Source: Eledone cirrhosa (taxonomy: Eukaryota). Taken from it: a stretch of 64,000 bases of DNA. Below the pieces are notes generated by a model. That model had not been told where the DNA came from. It did no database searches and worked only from the letters and a program-made list of their open reading frames with translations. The stretch spans positions 14,012,001-14,076,000 of the forward strand of contig OZ024760.1 in assembly GCA_964016885.1 (NCBI GenBank), in the 5' to 3' direction. The position numbers and the translations under genes are program-made. The first letter of the stretch is position 1. The number at the start of each line of letters is the position of its first letter. Positions 13,547 through 26,945 of this stretch are shown piece by piece.

Positions 13547-14395
13547 ATATACATGGGAGAGAGAGAAATTACCCTCAGTAGATCAGACAGAAGAACCAGC
13601 TATTGAGATTGACGAATATAGGGTCCAAGAGGCAATTAAGGAAATGAAAAATGGTGAGGCTGCTGGACCATCGGAGATAGTTGTTGAGATGCTGAAGGCC
13701 TCAGGGGACGTAGGCACTAAACTGGTTGCACACATCAATCAGGCTATATATGGCAGTGTCATACCCAAAGACTAATGCAAAAGTAAATGGGATGCTCTTG
13801 AGAGGAGAAATTATAGGGGTATAAAACTGATGGATCAGGTTATGAAAGTGGCAGAAAGGATATTAGCACAACTAATTAGAGAAAGGGTCAAACTAGATGA
13901 GATGCAGTTTGGTTTTGTGCCTGGGAATAGTACAACAGATGCCCTCTTCTTGATGAGACAATTACAAGAGAGGTTCTTAGAGAAAAATAAACCACTATAC
14001 TTAGCCTTTGTTGACCTAGAGAAGGCCTTTGATAGGGGTACCCCGATCTGTCATCTTATTATTTAACCTATAAAAGGGGCCCTAACAGGTACTACTACAC
14101 CAGGCCAGAGCAAACCTGGGAGTTATGACAACTAAGGGGGTAACTCCACGTTCCCCACAGTTCCTCCTGAACTTGAGCCTTGCCACTGGATGTAGTTTAA
14201 TGTCATACCCAGGACAAATATATACACACACATATATATATATATATCAAAATTGATGGAAGTTACGGAGTAGGCAGACCCAGAAAAACCTGGGACGATC
14301 TGATAAATTCCGACCTTACATACATCTCTCCAAGACAATGTCACTGGACAGAGATCTTTGGCACTACGCAGTAATACAGAAGACCTGATTTGTCT
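12633..14395 (+). mobile_element. Diverged paralogue of the tandem unit: two RTE RT fragments (about 12840-13320 and 13553-14060) and an RTE 3' fragment (about 14248-14395)
   Basis: Same motifs as unit positions 1670-1805 and 2768-3660 but with many substitutions; KIDGSYGVGRPRKTWDDL at the end. Confidence 0.88.
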
Positions 14396-14546
14396 ATGTA
14401 CAACGCGAAACCTCGTCAGTAGGCACCTCTTAACCAAAAATACACCCGCATCCCACTACCCTCTCCTCCAACCTCTTTCTCTGTAAAGTTATGTTGGTAC
14501 CACAACATCCAGCCCTAAATAAATGAGGTCGTGTAGATGTCACGAC

Positions 14547-14577
<31 letters not shown>

Positions 14578-15439
14578 CCACGCTGTAATGTGCCCGTGTA
14601 GGTAACACGGTAAAAACCTCCCAGTCCACACTAAACGTGGTTGGTGTTAGGAAGGGCACCCAACCGTAGAAAACCTGCCAGACAGTCCTATACGAGCGAG
14701 AAAAACCAATCTTGCCTCAAGTGGGACATCTCCCGTCTAAATCCATGCTAGCGTGGAAGATAGACTTTAAACGATGATGATGATATATACACATGGGATA
14801 ACAAGTTATCGTTTTAGGTAATCCAGTGAGAGGTTTCCTTACTTAGGTAGCGAGTTTGCAATAATTCCCATGCAGGTCGATCTTGGAGTAATAGTAGTGA
14901 AAGAATGAAGAGTAAGATGGTCGGCTGTATAAAAAGGGTTTTATTTACAGTACTAACAATTGTTTCATTGAACAGGTGAGTCTAAAAGTCGCTAATCACT
15001 CGACCTTAAATACAGTGTGTGGCTCTGATAAAATCATCGGAATACTGGAGGGTGTAACACATGGCATTAGCATTTATAGATACATCAGAGAATCGAGTGA
15101 ATGAAAACGAAAACATCAATAATAAAAGATAAACAATAATAAAAGTATAAAGAAGAAAGAATGACGATATAAAAAATAAGTACAAAATACGGTTTCTGAT
15201 AATAGTAGAAGTTATAGTGGTGAGTAAGTGGATGTGTAAAATAGTGATGACAATAATGATAACAATAACATGAAAAGGAATACGATATATGTTTCAGCAA
15301 AATAAAAAGGCAAGTTGTATAATAAAATATCAAAGGATTAAATAAATAATAAAAAGTAAGAGATAGAGAGATAAGGAATAGGAGACAGGGACTGAGAATA
15401 TGGATTCGAGGATGAGACATAAAGGGTAGGAATAAGGAG

Positions 15440-16110
15440 AGGGACTAAAAGTTATGTTTTTCTTAACGATGATAATACAAAATTAGAGGAATCAAAAGAG
15501 AATTATAGTACTATTCACATGTAGTGCAACTGGTGAAAAGTTTAAACCCCTTTTTACTGAAAAAAGCCTTAAACCTCGTTGTTTCAAGAATATTGACATT
15601 TCTAAACAGGAATTTTATTATAAAAAGAACATTACGGATGGATGACAGACAATATATTTTCATTTTACCTAAAAGAAATCAATTACGAATTTTTTAAACA
15701 ATAGAGAAAAGTATTATTGCTCCTTGATAATGCAGCATGCCACAAACAAAGCTTTTAAAATATAAAACTTTTTTTTTCTACCCTCGAACACAACTACAAA
15801 ATTACAACCTTTAGACCAAGGAATAATTTGGTCATTCAAAAGCAACTACAATACGATTTTTATTAATAAAGTTGGTTAATAAAGATGTGAAAGTGTCAAT
15901 TTAAAAGGAACGTCATGAGTTACGCCCCTTTATTTTCCGAGTTCAACTTGGCCTTTCATCCTTATAGGCTCGATAAATAAAGTACCAGTGATGCACTGGA
16001 ATAATTGTAAAAACAGTTATTGCATGGTATTTTTGGTCAGTCCAGGCATGGGATTCGGTTGTAAAAGAGACAATTGTAAATTGCTGGGAAAAGTCAGGCC
16101 TACGAATACA
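15440..16110 (+). mobile_element. pogo/Tigger (TIGD-like) DDE transposase remnant, interrupted by a SINE fragment at about 15925-16010
   Basis: Manual translation with stops/frameshifts: IVLFTCSATGEKFKPL, KPRCFKN, WMT, RKVLLLLDNAACH, P.NTTTKLQPLDQGIIWSFKSNY, AWDSVVKETIVNCWEKSG. Confidence 0.88.
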
Positions 16111-16849
16111 GAATTCAATGAGTGAAGATTCGGTTGCAAAAGCATTGTGTTTAGAAAATGGGGAATACGAGCTGAAATACGCACTTAAGGAACTCAAGGA
16201 GCTAAAATATGATAATGTTACTTTTACAATTAAAACTTAAATTTAAATTTTTATGTCTTGTTTTTAGTTTGGGGAGGGGGGGGGGGAATGTCAAAATAAC
16301 CAACTTTTCTTTTAAAATGTTAATTAAGGTAAACATGACAACTTAAATTCAAGTTTTTTGTCAAAAAAAAAAAAAAAAAAAAAAAAGGTCATTATTGACA
16401 TTTTTACACACACATATATATATACATACATACTTATATATACATACATACACTAGCTACACTCTACGCTATATATATATATACTACGGGTGGTTTTCTG
16501 CTAGCATGTGTAGTGTGTATATTGATATTATACGCAAGTATATATACATGTAAATATGATACGTCAAATAAAATCGCAATTGACAATATACACATTAGTT
16601 GAACGAAGACTGTGTTACACTGTCTTATGTGATAAATGATACATTTATAGATAAGGATGAGGGGCTAAATATTATCTATATGATTTTACATTGTTGTTAT
16701 AGGTCTTCGAAGGATATTAGTTATAAGTGATATAATTGAAATACCTTAATCGAAGAGTTGGTAGCTTCTTATCGGTAGTAAATGCTTCTGACTTCCAGGA
16801 TATAAATAAATAGCTCTTCAATGCTCACTCCTCTATAAATATAATTTTA

Positions 16850-17165
16850 TTTGTCGAAAAGGATTGTAGGAGTCATTTTACAATAAATTTTCGCGCGATG
16901 TATCATCTCCAAGTCAGTTCGGTCTGTCATACGCAACTTCCAATTGGTCAGTTTGATGTATGTTGAAAGTAAAGGAGTGTTTGAATGTGATTGTGGTGTT
17001 TGCGGTGGTGCTTGTATCGACACATTGTAGAAGAGGGGAGTATGAGGCTCTGATGTGAGAGCATCTGTGTAGGCCCGCTTTAGTCTGTCAATAGAGTGTG
17101 TCTTTATGTCCATTAAAGTCAAAGGTGAAATGTTTATCTCTACGTGCAAGTACACAGTGCCTTTC
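16850..17165 (-). mobile_element. Ty3/Gypsy integrase C-terminal remnant
   Basis: VLARRDKHFTFDFNGHKDT then (frameshift) SIDRLKRAY, resembling the post-GPY/F 'V.IDRLKPA' motif. Confidence 0.5.
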
Positions 17166-17249
17166 AATGAGAGGCAGCAGTCTCGGCAGAATCAAGACCA
17201 CCGAGTATCGCCGGATTTTGCTCAACCCATTCACTACATACATCACGCA

Positions 17250-17651
17250 TAAAATTGCACCGGTAAAAAAAATTTACTGTATATCGCAACAATATAGTGT
17301 TTAAAGAATTTTTTTCTGTTAAAAACTGTAAATCTGTTAAAAAAAAAAAATGTATTTCGCAGCAATATTTTTTCTGTTAAAAACTGTAAATAAATATTCA
17401 TGTAAAAATGAAGCATAGTTTTTCTGTGAAAAACTGTAAATAAATATTTATTTTGTTAAAAAATTAAATCAAAAATCTAATTTTCTCTGTTAATATTTTA
17501 ATAAATATTTATTCTAAAAATTCAATGTTTTTTCGTGTAAAAATGAAGCATGTCAGAAAATTAACATGTAAAAATCAAGCAGCAGGCACGCGCTAGCTCG
17601 TATCTAAAAAAAAATCGTATGTCGGTTCACTCGTATCTCAAGGTACCACTG
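17250..17651. mobile_element. One end of a pogo/Tigger-type non-autonomous element with internal AT-rich repeats
   Basis: Terminus ctcgtatctcaaggtaccactg|TA (reverse: TA|CAGTGGTACCTTGAGATACGAG), repeated ctcgtatct subterminal motif; other end not found. Confidence 0.5.
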
Positions 17652-19207
17652 TATTTAAAACATATTTATGTTATTCTACTGTAAATTTATTTATATGCTC
17701 TGTTTATATTTTCATTCTGAAAGAATTGCAAACGATTTCTAATGTTATTTATACAACTGAATAAAAGAGAAATTTGATAGTTTGTTAACAACTAAATACA
17801 TTTGGAACAATTATTTACATCTTACAATTTGAAATGTTATTATATATTAAATAAAGTACCAGTAATACACTGAATATTTGCCGGCCTTGTGCCAAAAGTA
17901 GAAACACTTATTATATATTAAATAACGTTACAAATGGGAGTGAAAATATAAACACATATGATATATACAAAGAATATAAATAAATTTACAGTAGAATAAC
18001 ATAAATATGTTTTAAATATATACATAACACTACAAATGCTTAAGTAACAGTATAAATTGAAGGGGTGGAAAACGGAGCAAAAGACAGCAGCCAGGGGTAC
18101 TGGGCAACCTCTCTAATGATTTTTAAGGCAAGCCAGCACACGGGCAATGTTACCTCGAGTGATGGCGAGGCTGGGGTGCTGGAAGAAACAAGCGCCCTCG
18201 CCAGTTACCTCTATTAGGCGAGACGCCAGTGAAGAGAGGAGCCTCGCAGTCAGCGGCCCGACTCCCCACAGGCTGAAAAATTTACCCCTCGCTGCTGTCT
18301 TTTGCTCTGATGTTCAACCGTTCCTTTGCATTTTCATAAATAAATTGTGACAGTTTTTCGAAGCTAGAAATCAAATAGAGATATTTTTATACACATTGTA
18401 TTATGTGTTTTTATTTTCATTCTGAAAGAACTGAACAATTTGTAATGTTAATTAAACACATGTTTAGCATACCTTTGTCTTCCTCGTCTTGCTTCATTAA
18501 GAAATTCTAGTTTCCTCTCTTAATTCATTTCTTCTTTCTTCTGTTAAATTTCCTCTGAACTCTTTTTCCTTATATCATTAATATTATTGTTGTTTAAGTT
18601 GTTGCATTGAAATGGTTATCACTATTATGTGCTGTATCAATATTGATAGCGTAATTTTCTGAAGTGACTCTCTTGTAAAATAAATGTCTTATTTGCTCCC
18701 ATGGACGAGAAAGGAGGGTAAGAATAAATAAAAAAAAGTTTCCAGAAGAAATAATAGTGGTCCGTTTGTTCAAACAATGAAACATAACTTGTTACGTTTT
18801 CACCGAAAATCAAATTCAGCGCCGTTCGTCTACCATTGCTGTATGTGGGTGTGTCTAAGTTTGTTTGGTGTGTACGCACGTGTCAATCATGTAATTATCT
18901 CCCCTTGGCATCATATGGCGTAAGAGGGTGTTTAACATCTCAAGATAGACGTTGCAAAAGGTTTTGAGATACATAAATAGATATGTAGGTAGATAGATAG
19001 ATATATAATTGATAGATATGTAGGTAGATAGATAGATATATAATTGATAGATATGTAGGTAGATAGATAGATATATAATTATCACAAGTGTAGTGTTTGT
19101 ACAAGAGTTTTCAAGTCGCTGGCTGGACTAAAAAGTCACATTCGTTCAGCGCATCGGTAGGGGTTCTCCTACATGAATATAATGTAGTGGCCGTACTCGA
19201 AATACTG

Positions 19208-19270
<63 letters not shown>

Positions 19271-19638
19271 ATCATGATCTTCGTTTAACGTCCATATTCC
19301 ACGCTCGCATGGGTTTGGACGGGAATTTTCCCACTTGAGGCAAGAGTGGTTGTCTTGCTCGCATAGGACTGTCTGGCGGGTTTTCTACGGTTGGATGCCC
19401 TTCCTAACACCAACCACATTTACAGTGTGGAACTGGGAGGGTTTTACCGTGTTACCTACACGCCCACATTACAGCGTGGACTGTGTGTGCTTTTGTCGTG
19501 ACACCTACACGACCTCATTTGTTTCGGGCTGGATGTTGTGGTACCAACATAACTTTACATTGAAAGGGGTGGGGGTAGTGGGACGGGGGTGTATTTTGTT
19601 AGAGGTGCCTACCGACTGTAGTAGGTTTTACTTTGCAC

Positions 19639-22600
19639 TTAGGTAAGGCGGGTCTTCTCTATTACTGTGTAGCGCCAAAGAACTCGGTCCAGTGACATTG
19701 TCTTGGAGAGGTGTAAGTGTGTGAGGTCGGAATTTATCAAGTCGTCCCAGATTTTTCTGGGTCTGCCTACTCCGTGGCTACCGTTTATTTTTATTGCCCT
19801 GCACATTTTTATACAGCTGTCGTCTTTCATGCGCATCACGTGACCATACCAACATAGTCTTCTCTCGAGTAAACATCTGATCCCTCTTATTTCTAATTTC
19901 TCCCTTATTTCGTTTATGCTTTGCCGTTCACGTATATTACTATTACACATCCAGCGGAGCATGCAAGCTTCGTTTCTCTCCAGCCTACGTATATCCTCTG
20001 CACACAATGCCTAGGTCTCACTGCCATGTAACATTTCTGTTCGTATGCAGGCATCATACAGCCTGCCTTTCATTTTTAGAGAGAACCCTTTAACGGCCAA
20101 TAGTGGTATAAGCTCTCTTAACTTTTTCCATCCCGTTCTGACTCTAGCTACTGTACTTTCAGAGCACCCTCCCCCACTGCTGATTTTATCACCCAGGTAA
20201 CGGAAGCTGTCCACTATTTCTATAGAACCATCTGTGCAATGGAATGAGTTAGTATTCTGTGGGCACTTGTGTGCTACTTATTGCACCAGAGCACCGGCCA
20301 CATATAAAATCTATATTCTTAGTTAGCTTACCTGTGATCCCACTACATCTTTTATGTAGCCATACTTTGCATTTGGGACATAACATGGAGTTTCTACCTA
20401 CTCCTTTCCTACACACTGAGCATGGCCATTTCCCAGATGGGACCGGTGCCCTATTTTACTTCCTACAAACTTTAGTCTTAGACAAGTTAACTTTAAGGCC
20501 TTTTGATTCAGCTATGAGCGTTAGATCATCTGCATATAGGAGTTCCCATGGGCAGCCGGTCTTGAACTCCTCTGTTATAGCCTGAAGAGCAATAATAAAT
20601 AGTAGGGGGCTAAGGACGGAGCCCTGATGAACACCAACTCTTCACTATATTCGTTGTTAATTCTAACCTTGCTGACTGTTTCTTTATACATGGCTTGTAT
20701 AGCTCTCACAAGCCATTCATCAACACCTAGTTTTCTAAGGGCTCACCAGATAATCAAGCGAGGTACTCTGTCAAAGGCTTTCTCCAAGTCAACAAAAGCT
20801 AAGTATAGGGGTTTACTTTTAGCTAGGTACTTCTCCTGTAGATGTTGTACAATGAAAAGAGCGTCTGTTGTACTTTTACCTGACACAAACCCGAACTGCA
20901 TTTCGTCTAGATCAATTCGCTCTCTGATTAGTTGCGCTATTACTTTTTCTGTGACCTTCATGACCTGGTCAATTAATTTAATGCCTCTATAGTTTCCCCC
21001 TATCTAGGGCATCACCTTTACCCTTGTATCAGTTAATGATGATGCTGCTGCGCCAGTCCTTCGGAACGACCCCATTCTGTATGACTTGGTTTACTATCCG
21101 GTGACCATAGTGTGTCCCACCGTTCCAGATGCTTTCAGCATTTCGGCAACTATTTCCGAAGGCCCGGACGCCTTGCCCGTCTTCATGTCTTTGATCGCCT
21201 TACTTATTATACTACCTTCAACTTTCACTGCTGGTCCCTCTATTGGGTCGATGTGGGGGAGACTGTCTTTCTCCCAATTATTCTCCTCATTTAGTAGCCT
21301 TTCGTAGTGACACTTCCAAGCTACCTTCTTATCAGCGTCAGTGATGGCAAGTACACCATCATCATTTAGGACACACTTCTCCTCGACAATATCACTGTTT
21401 TCCTTGACACATTGCCTAGCAATCCTGAACACCTCACGTTGTAGAACATGCTTGAACTTTCTTTCCTCTGCTTCCCTTCTTGCGAAGTACACTTGTCTCC
21501 TAGCTTCCCTCCTGGCCACTTGATAGTCTTCTCTACTTCCCCCATCCCGCCATGCTTTCCAAGCCTGCTTTTTGGCCTTGATTGACCTCTCCACCTTACT
21601 GTTCCACCACCAAGTTACTCTCCTCCTGTCTAGAGGCCTGCTCCAGCCACAGGTTTCATCTGTCGCCTTCAACAGGTTAGCTTTCAGGAATTCCCACTCT
21701 TCCTCTATATTGTACAACTCTAATTGCTCCTCCTTACTATCAAAAGCATCAAGTAATATGCTTTTAAATTTATTACTGGCTGTGGGGTCCTTTAATTTCC
21801 ATATTTTTCTCCTGGGGATAGTCCTCTTCTGTTGTCGAATACGTCTCGTCCTGACTATGAGGTCGCTAATTATGAGTCTATGTTGAGACGTGCATTCTTC
21901 ATGGGGGAGGGATTTAGTGTTTACAACAGACACTCTGTCACGTCTCCTGGTAAGGATATAATCTACCTGGCTTGTGTGTCCCCCTATCTATAGGTGATCA
22001 AGTGATTGTCTCGTTTTTTGAAGTTAGTGTTACAGATAGTTAGGTTATTTGCGTCACAGAATTCCAGGATTCTGGAGCCTTCCTCATTTCTAGTACCAAA
22101 CCCATAGCCTCCATGGATTCCGTCATAGCCGTCACAATGTTGTCCAACGTGACCATTTAGGTTGCCAGCAATAATTATATAGTCACTGTTGGTTATTTGG
22201 GAGGTAGTGAGCATCAGTGTCTCATAGAATCTGTCTTTTATAGTGCCGGGCAGTCCGGATTGGAGTGCGTACGCAGATATTACTGTCACCGTAGTTCTAT
22301 TGAGGACAAGTCTTATTTTAATTATTCTGTCGTTCACTCTATTTACATCTATTATCTTATCTGCCCACTTTTCTGCTACCATGATTCCTACTCCACCCAG
22401 CCCATCGTCATTTCCCACACAGAAAAGCTTATAGCATCGTTCTTTACCCACGATGAATCTAGCAGACCCACCCCTCCACCTGGTCACTTGAATACAACAA
22501 ACATCGACCTCCTTACGTTCAAGCATTTCTACAACCTCATTAGAGCGACCCTTTAAGGTGCCTACATTCATGGTACCAACTCTGAAGTTTTAGATTGCGT

Positions 22601-22710
22601 TTGGAGGGTGGGAGCGGGGGGGGGGGGGAAATGGGGGAGATGGGTTATGTTAGCCATCCGCGACCGAAACAAAGAGGAGGAGCCCTTGCATTCTCGTCCA
22701 TGAGGTGAAT
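19639..22710 (-). mobile_element. Near full-length but disrupted RTE LINE (APE endonuclease, RT, internal PHD finger)
   Basis: GTMNVGTL, DVCCIQ.TRW, AGNLNGHVG, QFGFVSG, FVDLEKAFD, GVHQGSVLSPLLF, LLYADDL, DSFRYLG, MLHGSET, WYGHVMRM, GRPRK.W; several stops, frameshifts and an apparent deletion between LIAES and KGLKV. Confidence 0.95.
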
Positions 22711-22717
22711 TTGTTTT

Positions 22718-23637
22718 TATGTATGTATATATATATATTTATGCATATGTATGTGTATGTATGTGTATATATGTGTATATGTGTGTATGTATATATCTGT
22801 GTATGTATATATGTGTGTATGTATATATGTGTGTATGTATATATGTGTATGTATATATGTGTGTATGTGTATATGTATATATGTGTATGTATATGTATGT
22901 ATGTATGTGTATATGTATGTATGTGTATATGTATGTATGTGTATGTGTATATGTATGTGTATATGTATATATGTGTATATGTATGTATATGTGTGTATGT
23001 ATATGTGTGTATGTATATGTGTGTATGTATATGTGTGTATGTATATGTGTGTATGTATATGTATGTATATGTATATATGTATATGTATATGTATATATGT
23101 ATATGTATGTATGTATGTATATGTATGTATGTGTATATATGTATGTATATGTATGTATGTATGTATATGTATGTATGTATGTATATGTATATATGTATGT
23201 ATGTATGTATATGTATATATGTATGTATGTATATGTATATATGTATGTATATGTATATATGTATGTATGTATATGTATATATGTATGTATATGTATATGT
23301 ATGTATGTATATGTATATATGTATGTATGTATATGTATATATGTATGTATGTATATGTATATATGTATGTATGTATATGTATATATACTTGTGTATATGT
23401 ATATATACTTGTGTATATGTATATATACTTGTGTATATGTATATATACTTGTGTATATGTGTATATGCTTGTGTATATGTGTATATGATTGTGTATATGT
23501 GTATATGATTGTGTATATGCTTATGTGTATGTATGTATATGTATATTATGTATATATATATGTATGTGTGTATGTATGTATATGTATGTGTATGTATGTA
23601 TGTATGTATGTATATGTATGTATATGTATTTATATGT
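22718..23637. repeat. Compound (TATG/TA/TG)n microsatellite, about 0.9 kb
   Basis: Direct reading. Confidence 0.97.
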
Positions 23638-23641
23638 AGAT

Positions 23642-23970
23642 GGAGGCACATGGCTTAGTGGTTAGAGCATTGGCCTGGCAATCGAAAGGTTGTGATTTCA
23701 ATTCTCACACCGGGTGATGTGTTGTTTCCTTGAGCAAGACACTTTATTTCACATTGCTCCTGTTTACTCAGCTGTAGAAATGAGATGATAGGACAGGGGT
23801 CCCTATCATTCCACTGTAAAGTGGACGTGTAGGCGCCACGGAAATAAAGCACCCAGCACTCACTGTAAATGAGGTTGGTGTTAGGAAGGGCATCCGGCTG
23901 TAGAAATCAAGCCAGAATCAGTTCCCGTCCCACCCTTGCAAACAGGGAAAAGCGGATGTAAAATGATGAT
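23642..23970 (+). mobile_element. tRNA-derived SINE family A with RTE-derived 3' tail
   Basis: A box TGGCTTAGTGG, B box-like GATTTCAATTC, central ccttgagcaagacact, tail shared with RTE LINE 3' ends. Confidence 0.9.
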
Positions 23971-25590
23971 TCGTTGTTAATTCTAACCTTGCTGACTTTT
24001 TCTTCATACATGGTTTGTATGACAAGCAATTCATCAACACCTAGTTTTCTAAGAGTCCACCAGATAATGGAGCGGGGGACTCTGTCAAAGGCTTTCTCCA
24101 AGTCAACAAAAGCTAAGTATCGGGGTTTACTTTTAGCTAGGTACTTCTCCTGTAGTTGTCGTACAAGGAAAAGAGCGTCTGTGGTACTTTTACTTGACAC
24201 AAACCCAAACGGCATTTCGTCTAGATCAATTCGCTCTCTTATTAATTGCGCTATAACTCTTTCTGTGACCTTCATGACCTGGTCAATTAATTTAATGCCT
24301 CTATAGTTTCCCCTATATAGGGCATCTCCTTTACCCTTGTAGCAGTTAATGATGATGATGCTATTATGCCAGTCATTTGGTATAACCCCATTCTGTATGA
24401 CATGGTTTACTATCCGGGTGACCATAGAATGTCCCACCGATCCAGATGCTTTCAACATTTCAGCAACTATCTCTGAAGGCCCAGCTGCTTTGCCTGTCTC
24501 CATATCTTTGATTGCCTTACTTATTATACAACCTTCAACTTGCACTGCTGGTTCCTCTATTGGATTGTTTTGGGGCAGACTATCTTTTTCCCACTTATTC
24601 TCCTCATTTAGTAGCCTCTCGTAGTGACACTTCCAAGCTACCTTTTTATCTGTATCAGTGATGACAAGTATACCATCATCATTACGGGCACACTTCTCCC
24701 CGACAATATCACGGTTTTCCTTGACACATTGCCTAGCAATCCTGAACACCTCACGTTTTTGGTCCTCACGTTGTAGAACATGCTTGAACTTTATTTCTTC
24801 TGCTTCCCTTCTTGCAAAGTACACTTGTCTCCTAGCTTCCCTCCTGGCCACTTGATAGTCTTCTCTGCTTCCCCCATCCCGCCATACTTTCCAAGCTCTC
24901 TTTTTGGCCTTGATTGACTCCTCCACCTTACTGTTCCACCACCAAGTTGCTCTCCTCCTGCCTATAGGTCTGCTCCAGCTACAGATTTCATCTGTCGCCT
25001 TCAGCAAGTTAACTTTCAGGAATTCCCACTGTTCCTCTATACTGTATGTCTCTAATTGCTCTTCTTTACTGTCAAAAGCATCAAGTAATTTGCTTTTAAA
25101 TTTGTTACTGGCTGTGGGGTCCTTTAACTTTCATATTCTTCTTCTCAGGGTAGTCCTCCTCTGTTGTCGAATACGTCTCGTCCTGACTATGAGGTCACTA
25201 ACTATGAGCTATGTTGGGAGGTGCATTCTTCACGGGGGAGGGAAATAGTGTTTACAACAGACACTTTTTCACATCTTCTGGTAAGGATATAATCTATCTG
25301 ACTGGCATGTTCCCCTGATCTATAGGTGATCAAGTGATTGTCTGGTTTTTTAAAGTTTGTGTTACAGATAGTTAGGTTATTAGAGTTACAGAATTCCAGG
25401 ATTCTAAAGCCTTCCTCATTTCTGGTACCAAACCTGTAGCCATCATATCCAACATGACCATTTAGGTCGCCAACAATTATGTTGTCACTGTCGGTTAGTT
25501 GGGAGGTAGTGAGCATTAGCGACTCATAGAATCTGTCTTTAATAACGCCAGGCAGTCCACATTGGGGTGTGTAAGCAGATATTATTGTCC
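23971..25590 (-). mobile_element. Second RTE LINE copy, truncated at both ends (APE C-half to RT N-half)
   Basis: 366-aa ORF 23907-25007 and 104-aa ORF 25202-25516, highly similar to 20650-22290. Confidence 0.95.
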
Positions 25591-26511
25591 CCCTTTGCCC
25601 ACCCGTCTCTTAAAGTAGCAGTAAAACATTGAACAATATTGAGTCAGCTTTTATAAAGTCGTTTGTCAAACGAGAGAACAGAGAGACAATACCAGTAACC
25701 ACGAGAGAGACAACCAACCAACCATAATTATATAATAAATCAAAGTGAAAACAAAACAATATAATTCAACAGATTTTTCCAGATAAATCTTGCAAAACAA
25801 TTTTTACCACCACCAACACCAACATAATTTCATCAACACACATATTATACATATATATACATATATATCTTTCATTTTCTAACCTTAATCCCTAACAAAT
25901 CCCACCCCCTCCAGTTCTAAAAATAGCAAATTCTTCCAGAAAGATAGACAGGGAAGAGAGGAAACACAGTATTTGACTGGTACTTTTATTCATAAAAAGA
26001 TAAAGTGAGAAAAATAAAGAGAGGAAGAATTCACATCAGTATTTCACTGGTACTTTTTTTATCAACTTCCAAGGGATGAAAGGCAAAATTGACCTCGGCG
26101 GGATTTCAACTCAGAGAGCATAGAACAAAAAGGAATACTGCAAAGTATTCTAATAACTCCCACCTTATATGACATTTCATATATATATATATATAACAAT
26201 TGTATATATGCATGTGTGTATATACAACAAAATGATGAAATTAATTAAATGGAAAATTTTTCCCCAATACAAAACGTAAAAATAAATTTAACAAAGCTTT
26301 TTTTTGAAGAAATTAATTATATTTAATTTTTTTTTAAAGAAATAAATGAAATTAAACTTTTTATTTTTTAAGAAAAAAATTAAATTGAACTTTTTTTTAA
26401 GAAATAAATTAAACAAATTTTATTTTTTAAGAAATAAATTAAATATAAATCTGACTGACCTGCAGCCATTTGACTTCCTGTGAGTGATTATGAACACACA
26501 CTCACTAATAT

Positions 26512-26945
26512 CATCATCATTTTACGTCCGCTTTTCCCTGCTTGCAAGGGTTGGACGGGTCTTATTCAGCACAGCATCTCTCCACTTGTCACGGTCCTTC
26601 GTCATCTCCTCGGTGAGATTTGAGGTCTGCTCTCACCACCTCCGCCCATGTTTTTCGTGGTCTACCTCTACTGCGTCTTCCTTCTACTGGGATTTCTTGG
26701 CACTTCTTTAGCCGGCGGTCATCCTACATTCGCATCACATGTCCATACCATCTCAGCCTTCTCTCCTGCACACCACAACTTATCCCTCTTATACCCAGTT
26801 TCTTTCTCAACTCGTCTATGCTTGGTCGTTCACGCACTTTGGCATTGCACATCCAATGGAGCATGCTTGCTTCATTTCTCTCTAGCCGTCGCATATCTTC
26901 TGCAGTTGCTGCCCATGTCTCACTACCATGCAGCATCACGGATTT
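26512..26945 (-). mobile_element. 5'-truncated RTE LINE 3' end
   Basis: MLHGSETWAAT...RRLRWYGHVMRM, RGRPRKTW, tail with (GAT)n. Confidence 0.92.

Noticed and set aside
23642-23715. tRNA gene-like sequences (also 38911, 45890 and 28068)
   Set aside because: A/B boxes are present but no complete cloverleaf or T-run terminator; the first three continue into SINE bodies.
19639-25590. Active autonomous LINE
   Set aside because: Both long copies have stops, frameshifts or truncations; no intact APE-RT frame exists in the window.
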